From an uncultured bacterium (lineage in GTDB: Bacteria > Krumholzibacteriota > Krumholzibacteriia > LZORAL124-64-63), in contig CAVSZB010000005.1 of the NCBI GenBank assembly GCA_963732385.1, positions 32,001 to 96,000 of the forward strand: DNA of 64,000 bases. The letters run 5' to 3'. Shown piece after piece: positions 10,222 to 19,996 of this stretch. Position numbers and translations under genes: made by a program. How positions within the stretch are numbered: position 1 is the stretch's first letter; each line of letters starts with the position of its first letter. Under the pieces are notes generated by a model. That model saw nothing but the letters and a program-made list of their open reading frames with translations. It made no database searches and was not told the DNA's origin.

Positions 10222-10315
10222 CTCCGGTCCCCCCTCCTGATGACGATCTGCAGTCCGGAACGCAGCATCTGACAATCGCCCGCACGGCTCAAGGAAAATT
10301 TGGGCGGCGCAACGG

Positions 10316-12456
10316 TCAGGGCGCCGACAGTTCGAAGCGGATCCGGATCTCCTGGTTCTCGGCCAGCCTGACCTTCACCCGCCCCTCCCCCCCGCGCCGC
10401 GGCTGAAAGTCAGCGCGCCGCCATCGCCCGCGTTCTGGGCGCCGGTCACCACGTAGCCGGGGCAGCGCGCGCCGATCGTGTGCTCGCCCGCCTCCAGCTT
10501 CACCTGCAGGAAGGGGGTCTGCTGGCCGGTGTCGATCCCGTCGATCGTCACGAACGCGGCCGGGGTGGCGGCCACGCGCAGTGAGCCGGTCCGCTCGAGG
10601 AAGCGGTGGTGCCCCAGCGCGAGCGTCTCGCCGGCCGCGATCTGGAAAGCCGGCAGGTCGAGGCGCCCGTACGACGGTCGGTACCGCAAAGAGACGGCGT
10701 GACGCCCGGCGTTGGCGGCCATCACGGCGACCTTCGCCCCCTCCTTGACCAGCTTCCCGTCCAGATAGACGTCCGCGTACGGAGAGATCACCACCCGCGC
10801 GTAACCGCGGCCCGGCGTCGCCGCGACCGTGGCGGAAGCGGCAGGGGGGGCGGCCACCGGTCGTTGTTGCGCCGGCGCTGTCGTGGGCGCTGTCGTGGGC
10901 GCTGTCGTCGGCGCTGTGGTCGGCGCTGTGGTCGGCGGGGTCGACGCAGCCGGCGGCGGCGTCGACAGCGGCGCGTCGACCGGCGCTGCGGGCGCCGGCG
11001 TCGAAACCGCCACGGTGTCCGGCGTCACGCCCGTGCGCGCGAACCGCGGCACGGGAGAGAGCAGGCGGCCGCCGATCATGATCGCCGCGGCGGCCACGAC
11101 CACCAGCACGGCCGCGGCCGCCCAGCGCGAGCCGGGCGAGGCGAACCATGAGCGGAGGCTGCTGCCGGACCCGGCGCCGGCCGTGCGGCCGGCCTTCGGC
11201 GCCGCCGCCTTCGGTTCGGGCGGGCGCGCCCTGCCAGCGGTGCGGGAGGCGGGGGCTGCGGAGGCCTTGGGCATGACGAGCGTGCGGCCGGTGGCGTCCT
11301 CGTCGGCGCGGGCCGGGCGGGCGGCGACGGCGAGGCTCTGGCCCGATTCCTCCGCCCTGCGCTTCAGTTCGCTGATCGCCTCGCTGGCCTTGCTGTTCTG
11401 CGGGTCGAGCGAGAGGACGTAGTGGAACTCGCGGATCGCATCGCCGATGTTCTCGAGCCCCATGTTCTTGAAATGGAAGCCGGCGTTGAGGTGGGCCTTG
11501 ATGTTCTGGTGCCGCAGCTCCTCGGCGAACGCCATCGGCTCCTTGGCGAAACGGGCCAGGTAATCGCGGCGGTACTTGATCAGGGCGCCCGACCGGTCGA
11601 TGCTCTCCATGCACTCCTTGAGCGCCAGCAGCACCTGGTCCATGTTCTGGTAGCGCTTCGCCGGGTCCTTCGCGAGCATCTTCTCCATCAGGGACGAGAG
11701 CTCCGCGGTCAGCAGCGGGCAGGCTTCGCGGGTCAGCGGCGCCGGCGCGTCGTTGATGATCGACTCCTGCACGGATGTCGGCGTGTCCCCCTTGAACGGC
11801 TTCTCCCCGGACAGGAGCTGGTAGGCCATCACGCCGAGCGAGAAGATGTCCGTGCGATGGTCGAGGTCGTCCCGGCCCGCCGCCTGCTCCGGCGACATGT
11901 ACGACGGCGTGCCGACGACCATCCCCGGCAGCGTCAGGTTCTGGGCGGTCAGGCGCGCGAAGTCGCGGGTGTCGCGGGCGAGGCCGAAGTCGGCGATCTT
12001 GATCTCGCCGTCGTTGCTCAGCAGCACGTTGTTCGGCTTCATGTCGCGGTGGATGATGCCGGTCGTGTGGGCGGCCTTCAGGCCGTAGGCCACCTCTTCG
12101 AGGATCAGCAGCGCGATCTCGGCGGGCAGCGGCCGCGAGCGGCCGGCGGCCTTCTGGAAATCGGCGAACAGCTTCTGCAGATCGGGGCCTTCGATGTACT
12201 CCATGACGATGAAGTACATGTCGTCTTCGGAGCCGAAGTCGATCACGCGGGCGATGTTGTTGTTCTGCAGCGAGGAGGCGGCCCGCGCCTCACGCTCGAA
12301 GCGGGCGATGAAGCTTTCGTCTCCGGCCAGGCCGGGGTGCAGGACCTTGACGGCGACCGAATAGTGCAGCGTTCCGTGCAGTCCCCGGTAGACCGTGGAC
12401 ATGCCGCCGGAGCCGATCTTCTCCTTGATCTCGTAGCCGTGGAACGTCGCCCCCAC
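10316..12456 (-). CDS. Hanks-type Ser/Thr kinase 2 (kinase-TPR-TM-PEGA-like repeats); C-terminus frameshifted at a G7 run
   Basis: IGSGGMSTVY, VAVK, HRDMKPNN, DFG, GTPSYMSPEQ; TM; PEGA-like repeats. The ORF stops at 10375, but adding one G at 10387-10393 gives ...AGGEGRVKVRLAENQEIRIRFELSAP* ending at 10316, which parallels the paralog's C-terminus. Confidence 0.92.
10874..10937. repeat. 12-bp tandem repeat, about 5 copies, encoding a (PTTA)n linker
   Basis: GGCGCTGT(C/G)GT(G/C) repeated 5 times inside the extracytoplasmic linker of kinase 2. Confidence 0.9.
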
Positions 12457-12490
12457 GTCGCTCCCTCCCCCCTGTGCGGACGCCGTGCTG

Positions 12491-14875
12491 TCAGGTCCGC
12501 GGTTTCCGCTTCAACTGCAGGTCGATCTTCAACCGGTCCCCCTGCGCGATCGTCACGCGGAAGGAGGTGTACTTGCCGCCGGAGCTGAGCGGCGGGAGCT
12601 GTTTCTGGCTGCCGTCGGCGGCCACCTGCGACGCGGTCTGCACGGTGAAGTCGTCGCTGCGGACCGTCAGCGTATGCTCGCCTGGCTCGAGACGGCCCGT
12701 CCACGGCGTGTTGCCGACCCGCTCCTGATCGATGTCCAGCGGGACCGGATCGGTCGCCTCGATAGCCACCTCTCCGCCACTGAGCACCATCTCCAGCCGC
12801 ACGCCCAGGGTCTGCCCGCCGCTGATCCTCACCTTCTTCATGACCGGCGCGTAACCCGGCTTCTCGGCCCGCACCTCCCAGTTGTCCGCCGCGGTCAGTT
12901 CGGTGACCACCGGAGCGGTGCCGACCGGCCGCCACGGCTCCCCGGCCTGGCGCACCAGCACGGTGGCGCCGTCGGGCGTGACGCGCACGCGGATCCGGCC
13001 GCTGGAGCTCACCGCCGGCGCGGCCGCGGCCTCGCTCGGGGTCTCGGCGATCGTGGCCGGCGCCGGCACGGCAGCCGCGGTCCCGGGCGCGCCGGTGGCC
13101 GCGACAGCGGGCGTTTCGCCCTCTCCCTCCGGAACGAGCGCGCGCAGCTGTCCGCCCACGGAGGTCGTTTCACTCCCCGCCGCCGTCACGGCGAGCACCG
13201 TGTCCGCGTACCCCGCCAGCGACAGCCGGAACTCCCAGGCGCCGACCGCCAGGTCCGCCAGCACGCAGGCGGTCTGGCGACCGGTCGGGGTGAAATCGGC
13301 GGTGCCGGCCCGCCGCATCCAGACCTGCGCCCCTGCCGGCTCGCTGGCCACCTGTACGATCGCCGTGGCCGGCGGCGCGGTCGGGCCGCGCCGCGTGAGC
13401 AGGACCGCGGCCACCGCCACGATCACCACCGCTCCGAGCGCCATCGCCACCATGCCCCGTCGCCGGCGCAGCCCCTCCAGAATACCGGCCACGGGCGACG
13501 CGGCGGCGCGATCCGGCCGCGCCTTGCGCGGCTGACGCGGCTCCCGCGGCACACGCGGCGCACGCGGCGGCGGCGGCGCAGCCGCAGCCGGCTCCGGCGC
13601 GGGCGCCGCGACCGGCTCGGCGGCGCGCCGTGGCGGGCCGGCCGCCGGCATGACCATGGTGCGTCCCGACTCCACCGGGTCGGCGGCATCGACATCGTCG
13701 GGCTCGTGCGCGCCGAGCGGACCGGCGCCCGTGGGCGGGGGCGCGGCGCGCATCGTGACCCCTGAATCCTCGGCCCGCTTGCGCAGTTCGGCCAGGGCCT
13801 GCGAAGCCTTCGGGTTGCGCGGGTCGAGGCGCATGACGTGACGGAATTCGCGCAGCGCGTCGGACATGCTGGCCAGGCCGAGGTTCTTGAAGTGGAAGCC
13901 GAGCCGCAGGTGCGAGTTGATGGCCTGGTGGCGCAGATCATTGGCGGTGGCGGCCGGGTCCCGGGCGAAGCGCTGGAGCAGGTCGCGCCGCAGCTTCACC
14001 AGCCCGCCCGACGAGTCGATGCTGTCCATGCACTCCCGCAGCGCGTGCAGCACCTGGTCCATCGACTGGTACCGCTTGCCGGGATCCTTGGCCAGCATCT
14101 TGCTGACCATCTCCTCCATCTCGTTCGTCAGGAGCGGGCACGAGGTCTCGGCCAGCGGACGGGGCGAGGCGTTGATGATGCGCTCCTGCACCTCGGTCGG
14201 GCTGTCGCCCTGGAACGGCTTCTCGCCGGCGAGGAACTGGTAGGCCATGACGCCGAGCGAGAAGATGTCGCTGCGGTGATCGACGTCGTCCCGGCCGACC
14301 GCCTGCTCCGGCGACATGTACGAGGGGGTGCCGACGATCATGCCCGGGCGCGTCAGGTCGTCCGAGGCCATCCGCGCCTGGTCGCCCGTGTTGCGCGCGA
14401 GACCGAAGTCGGCCAGCTTCACCTCGCCGCGCCGGTCGATCAGGATGTTGCTCGGCTTGATGTCGCGGTGGACGACCCCCTCGGCATGCGCCTCGCGCAG
14501 CGCGTACGCCACCTCTTCGAGGATCAGCAGGGCGATCTCGGGCGGCAGCGGCTGGGCCGCGCCGCTCTCGGCGCGCAGCATCTCGAACACCTTGGCCAGG
14601 TCGGGCCCGTCGATGAACTCCATCACGATGAAGTAGCAGTCATCCTCGCTGCCGAAGTCGATGACCGAGGTGATATTGACGCTGCGCAGCGCCGAGGCCG
14701 CCTTGGCCTCCCGTTCGAAGCGCGCGATGAACTGCGTGTCGCCGGCGAGGCCGGGGTGGAGGATCTTGACCGCGACGGGATAGCCCAGCGTCGTGTGGAC
14801 CCCCTTGTAGACGGTCGACATCCCGCCCGCGCCGATCTTCTCGTGCACTTCGAAGCCGTGAAACGCTGTAGCCAC
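12491..14875 (-). CDS. Hanks-type Ser/Thr kinase 1 (kinase-TPR-TM-PEGA repeats)
   Basis: IGAGGMSTVY, HRDIKPSN, DFG, GTPSYMSPEQ; TM; VASEPAGAQV and VTPDGATV PEGA-like repeats; GTG start with GGAGG RBS. Confidence 0.94.
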   Translation of the reverse strand: MATAFHGFEVHEKIGAGGMSTVYKGVHTTLGYPVAVKILHPGLAGDTQFIARFEREAKAASALRSVNITSVIDFGSEDDCYFIVMEFIDGPDLAKVFEMLRAESGAAQPLPPEIALLILEEVAYALREAHAEGVVHRDIKPSNILIDRRGEVKLADFGLARNTGDQARMASDDLTRPGMIVGTPSYMSPEQAVGRDDVDHRSDIFSLGVMAYQFLAGEKPFQGDSPTEVQERIINASPRPLAETSCPLLTNEMEEMVSKMLAKDPGKRYQSMDQVLHALRECMDSIDSSGGLVKLRRDLLQRFARDPAATANDLRHQAINSHLRLGFHFKNLGLASMSDALREFRHVMRLDPRNPKASQALAELRKRAEDSGVTMRAAPPPTGAGPLGAHEPDDVDAADPVESGRTMVMPAAGPPRRAAEPVAAPAPEPAAAAPPPPRAPRVPREPRQPRKARPDRAAASPVAGILEGLRRRRGMVAMALGAVVIVAVAAVLLTRRGPTAPPATAIVQVASEPAGAQVWMRRAGTADFTPTGRQTACVLADLAVGAWEFRLSLAGYADTVLAVTAAGSETTSVGGQLRALVPEGEGETPAVAATGAPGTAAAVPAPATIAETPSEAAAAPAVSSSGRIRVRVTPDGATVLVRQAGEPWRPVGTAPVVTELTAADNWEVRAEKPGYAPVMKKVRISGGQTLGVRLEMVLSGGEVAIEATDPVPLDIDQERVGNTPWTGRLEPGEHTLTVRSDDFTVQTASQVAADGSQKQLPPLSSGGKYTSFRVTIAQGDRLKIDLQLKRKPRT

Positions 14876-14897
14876 GCCGCCTCCCTTTTCGTCCGGC

Positions 14898-15671
14898 TCA
14901 GGTCCGACTCTGCCGGGCCACCACGACCGTGATGTTGTCGGGGCCGCCCTCCTTGCGCGCCCGCTCCACGAGGAGCTGGCAGGCGCGCTGGGGCAGGTGC
15001 ATCGAGACGATGCGCAGGATTTCGGGGTCGTGAATCACTTTGATCAGGCCGTCCGAGCAGAGCACCAGCGTGGCCCCCTCGGCGAAGATGACCGGGTTGC
15101 CGATGTCCGGCTCCACGCCCTCCTCGTTGCCGAGCCAGCGCGTCAGGACGTTCGACAGGCTCTGCTTGTCGGGCGGCAGCGTCTGGCCCTGGCGCCGGTA
15201 CTCGCCGCCGAGCGAGTGGTCTTCGGTCAGCGGGAAGAGCTGCCCGTCGTGCGCGAGATAGGCGCGGCAGTCGCCGATGTGGCCGATCACCAGCTCCTGC
15301 CCGCGGACCACGGCGGCCGTGCAGGTCGTGGCCATGTTGGCGCGCAGCGGACTGGCGGCCGCATCGGCGAGGATGGCCCGGTTGGCCTCGAGCAGCGTCT
15401 CGTAGAGGGCCGCCCGCAGGTCGGTCGGCACGCCGGCGGCGAAGAAACGCTCGCCGAAGGTCTGCACCGCGATCCGGCTCGCCACCTCGCCCGCCGCGTT
15501 GCCGCCCACGCCGTCGGCCACGACGAGCAGCAGCGCCCCGGGCGCGGTGTCGCAGGTGAAGATGCCGACCGCGTCTTCGTTCTTCTCGCGCCGGCAGCCG
15601 ATGTCGCTGAGGCTGGCGTGCAGGAGTCGCAGGCCGGTGGCCGGTGACGTCGGCGGGCTGTCGTGGTTCAT
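14898..15671 (-). CDS. PP2C-family Ser/Thr phosphatase (PppA/Stp1-like)
   Basis: SDIGCRREKNED, VADGVGG, GEVAS, HIGDCRAY, LCSDGL, GGPDNITV; ATG overlaps the upstream stop (ATGA). Confidence 0.95.
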   Translation of the reverse strand: MNHDSPPTSPATGLRLLHASLSDIGCRREKNEDAVGIFTCDTAPGALLLVVADGVGGNAAGEVASRIAVQTFGERFFAAGVPTDLRAALYETLLEANRAILADAAASPLRANMATTCTAAVVRGQELVIGHIGDCRAYLAHDGQLFPLTEDHSLGGEYRRQGQTLPPDKQSLSNVLTRWLGNEEGVEPDIGNPVIFAEGATLVLCSDGLIKVIHDPEILRIVSMHLPQRACQLLVERARKEGGPDNITVVVARQSRT

Positions 15672-17041
15672 GAGCCTCCTCTGCGACCCGGGAGCGCGAG
15701 GCCCGCCGGACGCGTTGTCCTGCGATAGACGAGCCCGACCGCGCCGCCCAGGAGCACGCGATCGCCTTCGCCGATGGTGGCCGTCCGCACCGGCCGTTCG
15801 TTGACCTGCGTCCCGTTCGTCGAGCGCAGATCGGTGATGATGACCGCGCCCCGCCGCACCCGCAGCACCGCGTGCTGGCGGGAGACCCGCGGCTCCGCCA
15901 CGACGATCGTGTTGCCGGCCGCCGAGCCGATCGTGGCGCCCGAGCGCGGCAGGCGGTGCACGGTCTGGCGTCCGCCGGCCGTCACGACCAGTTCGCCGGC
16001 CGAGGCGAAGCGCAGCCGCGCCAGCACGACCGCCGCGACGATCAGCACCAGGGCCGCCAGCAGCAGCGCCGGCCAGCGGCCGATGCCGCGCTCGGCGAGC
16101 GCCCGGCGGGCGCGCAGCGTGCCGTCGGCCGCGAGCTCGCCGTCGGCGCGCGTCACGCGCAGCGTCACGTCGGCCGGCAGCCCCACGCCCGGCGCGGCAA
16201 ACCGCGCCGCCAGCGCGCCGTCGACGACGGCCACCAGCCGCCGCACCGCCATCCCGGCCTCGCCGGCGCCGGCGGTCAGCAGCCGGCCGCCGCTGCCGTC
16301 GGCCAGGCGCCGCAGCCGCGCCGCCTCGGCGCCCGCCGCGTCGGTATCGCCGAGCAGGACGACGTACACCGCCACCCGGGCCGAGTCGGCGGCCGCCAGG
16401 CAGCTCACCGACGAGTAGCGGCTGCCCTGCCCCTGCCGGCCGCTCGTCACCACGATGAGCGTCCGCCGCGCCGGCAGCTCCGGAAAGGCCAGCACGGCCA
16501 GCGCGTCCTTCACATTGTCCCACAACGGGACCGGCGTGTCGCCGGCGAGGTCGGCCGCGGCCGGCGGGCGGGCCGCTCCCGCGCCGCCGCCACCGCCCGG
16601 CGCCAGCCGCCGCAGCGCCCGCGGACGCGACCCCGTCGCATAGAGTCCGCGCCAGGCGTCGGGCGCGGCCTGCCCCGCGAACGCCGCCAGCGCCTCGCCG
16701 CAGGCCGCCACGGCGTCGGCGGGCAGGCCGCGCAGATCGGCCAGCACCGCCACCGCCGACGGCGCGCCGCCCGGAGCGGGGGCGAACGGCAGCAGCGTCG
16801 GCGCGCCCACCGGCCCGCCGCCCGCCGCGAGCGTCAGCGCCGCGGCCGGCACCGCCAGCGGCAGACCGCCGGCGTCGACCAGCGTGAACGGGAGCTGGTA
16901 CTGCCCGCCCGTCAGCGGCACGCCCGGCTCGAGCCGCAGCTCGGCCGCAACCCCCTGGGCCCGCGCGCCGCCCCCCGGCGCCAGCAGCGCAATCACGACG
17001 GCCGCCGCCCGCAGCGACCGGAATCCGCGGCGTGAAAGCAT
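15668..17041 (-). CDS. Membrane protein with an extracytoplasmic degenerate vWA-like domain, TM helix and cytoplasmic FHA domain
   Basis: Signal peptide; TPVPLWD...RRTLIVVTSG...VYVVLLG...LRRLADGSGG (vWA-like); TM; IGSAAGNTIV...VSRQHA...DLRSTNGTQVN (FHA). Confidence 0.8.
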   Translation of the reverse strand: MLSRRGFRSLRAAAVVIALLAPGGGARAQGVAAELRLEPGVPLTGGQYQLPFTLVDAGGLPLAVPAAALTLAAGGGPVGAPTLLPFAPAPGGAPSAVAVLADLRGLPADAVAACGEALAAFAGQAAPDAWRGLYATGSRPRALRRLAPGGGGGAGAARPPAAADLAGDTPVPLWDNVKDALAVLAFPELPARRTLIVVTSGRQGQGSRYSSVSCLAAADSARVAVYVVLLGDTDAAGAEAARLRRLADGSGGRLLTAGAGEAGMAVRRLVAVVDGALAARFAAPGVGLPADVTLRVTRADGELAADGTLRARRALAERGIGRWPALLLAALVLIVAAVVLARLRFASAGELVVTAGGRQTVHRLPRSGATIGSAAGNTIVVAEPRVSRQHAVLRVRRGAVIITDLRSTNGTQVNERPVRTATIGEGDRVLLGGAVGLVYRRTTRPAGLALPGRRGGS

Positions 17042-17140
17042 GTCCGCGCCGCCCCTCCCCACGGTACGACCAGGTGCGCCGGCGGGAGAATCCCGACCCG
17101 CGTGGCGGAGTCTAAGGCGCGGCGGCGGGCATCGCAATCG

Positions 17141-18934
17141 CTAGTCGACCGGCAGATCGAACTGCTGTGGGCAGCGCATCACCACGGCCGCGGCCAGGAA
17201 GCGCGACACGTACTCCCGCGTCTCCTGCGGCAGACACGGCGCGTCCTTGCGCACGAGGTCCCAGAACTTCCAGCGCGACCACCAGTCGATGTTCATGCGC
17301 CGCAGGCAGGCGCGCAGCCCGTTGTCGCCCTTGTTGTAGGCGGCCACCGCGCACATGCAGTCGTTGGAACCGTAGGCGATCATCAGGTCCTGCAGGTACT
17401 GGCAGGCCGCGGTCGTGGCCCGCACCGGGTCCTTGCGCTCGTCGACGGTGTCGTCGACCCGCAGGCCGTAGTCGCGGGCGGTGCCGCGCATGAGCTGCCA
17501 CATCCCCATCGCCCCGGCCGGACTCTCGATCTCGGCCTGGTAGCCGCTCTCGATGAACGGAAGGTAGCAGAAGGCCTGCGGGATCCCCTGCGCCTCGAGC
17601 TGCGAGCGCAGCATGTCCAGGTGCGGCCGCGCCCGGCGGAGCGTGCGCAGGGTGTAGTCGCGCCGGTCGACCGTCCACATCCGCACGGCGCCTTCCACCT
17701 CCGCCACCATCGTGCCCGGCAGCGCGTCCAGCCGCGTGTCGACCCCGAACTGGGCGAAGATCCGCGACAGCTCCTCTTCCAGGCTGAAGGCCGGCGGCGG
17801 CGGGACGGCCGGCGCCGTCTCCTCGGCCGCGGTCACCTCGGGTTCCGGCGGCGGAGGCGGCGGCGGCCGCCGCCCCTCGCGCAGCTCCTGCAGCAGCGCG
17901 AACGGATCGCGGTCCCGCAGCCGATCCCGGTCGATCCGCTTGGCGGTCTCGCGCAGCGCCTCCCGCACTTCGTCGTCGCTCTGCCGGTCGGGCGGCAGCC
18001 GGTCGGCCGCGATCAGCGAGCGGATGGCGATCTCGAACTGCGCCTTGGCCACGGTGTCGTTGGGCGGCGAAGCGTCGTAGGCCACGAGCGCGTCGTCGAG
18101 GCTGCGCCGCGCCTGCTCGACGTACATGTCTTTCGTCCAGAGCCGCTCCACCCGCTCGCCCGCCGGCCGCAGCGACGGCAGCAGCAGCACCCCCACCAGC
18201 ACCAGCGCCGCGATCCCCAGCACCATCGCCCCATGCACCGAAGGCACGGGACACAACTGCACGGTGAAGACGACATCGGCGAACCCGACCCGGTCCCCCA
18301 CCCGCAGTACCCGCTCCTTGACCGCCTCCCCGTTGACGGAAGTGCCGTTCCTGCTCCCGGCATCGGTGAGCAGCAGCCGGTCCCCCCGCCGCTCGATCCG
18401 CGCATGCACCCCCGAGATCTGCGCCAGCGGCAGCAGCAGATCGGCCCCCTCGTCCCGCCCGATCACGCTCAGCTTGCGCGCCAGCAGCAGCGAGGCTCCG
18501 CCCGCCCGCGTATCGCGCGACACCAGCCGCAGACAGAGCAGCCCCGCCGGATCAGGCAGCCGCCGCCCCGCCCCCCGCGCCCGCACCGGCCGCTCGAGCG
18601 AGAACACGAACTCCCGCTCCGGCCCCAGCCGCAGCACCGCGCCGTCCCGCAACGGCGCCCGCCCCACCCGCTCCCCGTCGACAAAGGTCCCGTTGGCGCT
18701 CCCCTGGTCCTCGACGAACCAGACCGCCCCCTCCTGCACCAGCTGCGCATGCCGCCGACTGAGCGCCGCATCGTCGATACAGAGATCGCACCCCGCATCC
18801 CGCCCGATCAGCAGCCGCCCCCCGGCCGGCACGCACACGTCGGCCCCGCCCGCCCGCGGACGCACCCGCGCCCCGCAGGCCGGCCGCGCCCCCGCGCGCC
18901 CCCCCGCTCTAAGTCCGCCGGAAGTGTCAGCCAT
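17141..18934 (-). CDS. FHA-FHA-TM-lytic transglycosylase (MltD-like SLT) fusion
   Basis: Two FHA domains (IGRD...LSRRHA...GSANGT; IGRD...ISGVHA...GSRNGT); TM; SLT motifs PFIESGY, AGAMGMWQLM, DERKDP, AAYNKG, ETREYV. Confidence 0.92.
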   Translation of the reverse strand: MADTSGGLRAGGRAGARPACGARVRPRAGGADVCVPAGGRLLIGRDAGCDLCIDDAALSRRHAQLVQEGAVWFVEDQGSANGTFVDGERVGRAPLRDGAVLRLGPEREFVFSLERPVRARGAGRRLPDPAGLLCLRLVSRDTRAGGASLLLARKLSVIGRDEGADLLLPLAQISGVHARIERRGDRLLLTDAGSRNGTSVNGEAVKERVLRVGDRVGFADVVFTVQLCPVPSVHGAMVLGIAALVLVGVLLLPSLRPAGERVERLWTKDMYVEQARRSLDDALVAYDASPPNDTVAKAQFEIAIRSLIAADRLPPDRQSDDEVREALRETAKRIDRDRLRDRDPFALLQELREGRRPPPPPPPEPEVTAAEETAPAVPPPPAFSLEEELSRIFAQFGVDTRLDALPGTMVAEVEGAVRMWTVDRRDYTLRTLRRARPHLDMLRSQLEAQGIPQAFCYLPFIESGYQAEIESPAGAMGMWQLMRGTARDYGLRVDDTVDERKDPVRATTAACQYLQDLMIAYGSNDCMCAVAAYNKGDNGLRACLRRMNIDWWSRWKFWDLVRKDAPCLPQETREYVSRFLAAAVVMRCPQQFDLPVD

Positions 18935-18936
18935 GA

Positions 18937-19899
18937 TCACGTCGCCGCAGGCAGCGGGAAACACCGGAAGAGGAACCGCGTGCCCCCCATCTGCACCCGG
19001 TCACCATCGCGCAGCGCCTGCTCGGTAATCCGCACGTCGTTCACGAGCGTCCCGTTGGTGGAGTTGAGGTCCCGCAGCACGTACTGCCCCCCCCCGAACA
19101 CCACCTCCGCATGCCGACTGGAAAGGAACCGATCATCCCCGATGATGACATCGCACCCCGCCACCGACCCGAAGCGAAGGGTCCCGGCCGTCAACCGAAA
19201 GTCCCGCCCCCGCTGCGCCCCACTGACAGCCACGAGCCACGCCACCAACTCCTGCCGCCCCACCGGACTCATGAGGACAGCCGTCTTGTCGAGATCGTCC
19301 ACCGTCATCGCCCCCGGCGCCGCCACCGGCACCACAGGAGGAGGAGCAGCAGGAGGCGCAGGCGGCACATAGGCCGGAGGAGCCAGCAGGCGCAGCAGGA
19401 GCCGCCGGCGGAATGACCGGCCGCGCCCCGATCACCGTGATGTCATCCCCGCCCCCACCGGGTCCCCCCACCCCCGGCCCCGTCGGCACCCGACGGATCG
19501 GTTCGGAAACCGGCCGCGCCACCGGCGCATGCTCGATCCGCCGCACCGGCTCCGGCGCCCGCTGAAAAGGTTGAGGAGCAGGCGGCACCGCGCCAAGGGA
19601 GGAGGCGCAGCAGGAGCAGCCGGACAGCAGGAGCAGCCGGCCAAGTCGGCGGCCCCGCCGCCGGCGGCAGGAGACGTATAGGCAGGAGCCCCAGCCCCCG
19701 CATGAGGCGCCGGCGGCATCGGCTCCGCCGCCCGAGCCCCCCGCCCCGCCGCCGAACTCCCCCGCTCGTCATCTACAGGGATGAAATCCCCGCTAAGATC
19801 GCTCCCCCCCTCACAATAAGGACAGCTATCCCAAGACGGATCCAGGAGATGCCCGTTCGCACAATGCCGCACCTTGTTCTTCCGCTTCCCGAACAGCAT
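18937..19899 (-). CDS. Zn-ribbon, Pro-rich linker and FHA protein; broken across three reading frames
   Basis: N-terminal CANGH...CPYC; linker pieces in ORFs 19432-19929 and 19133-19588; C-terminal FHA in 18937-19368 (VAWLV...GRDFRL...LSSRHA...DLNSTNGT); GGAG RBS before ATG at 19899. Confidence 0.8.
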
Positions 19900-19965
19900 G
19901 CTCCCCCATCTCCCCCGCAGGACGGCCAAGCCAGCTAACTTTGTGGCTTGAGAAGGGTTCGGGGC

Positions 19966-19996
19966 AGTCTACCAACGGGGGTGCGGGGATTGTCAA
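19966..19996 (-). promoter_or_regulatory. Candidate sigma70 promoter for the FHA/kinase/tssJKLM operon
   Basis: Minus strand: TTGACA (19996-19991), a 19-nt spacer, then extended -10 TGgTAGACT (19974-19966), about 65 nt upstream of the first ATG. The spacer is longer than the usual 17 nt. Confidence 0.5.

Noticed and set aside
10874..10937. CRISPR-like array
   Set aside because: The 12-bp units have no spacers and encode an in-frame (PTTA)n linker; no cas genes are in the window.
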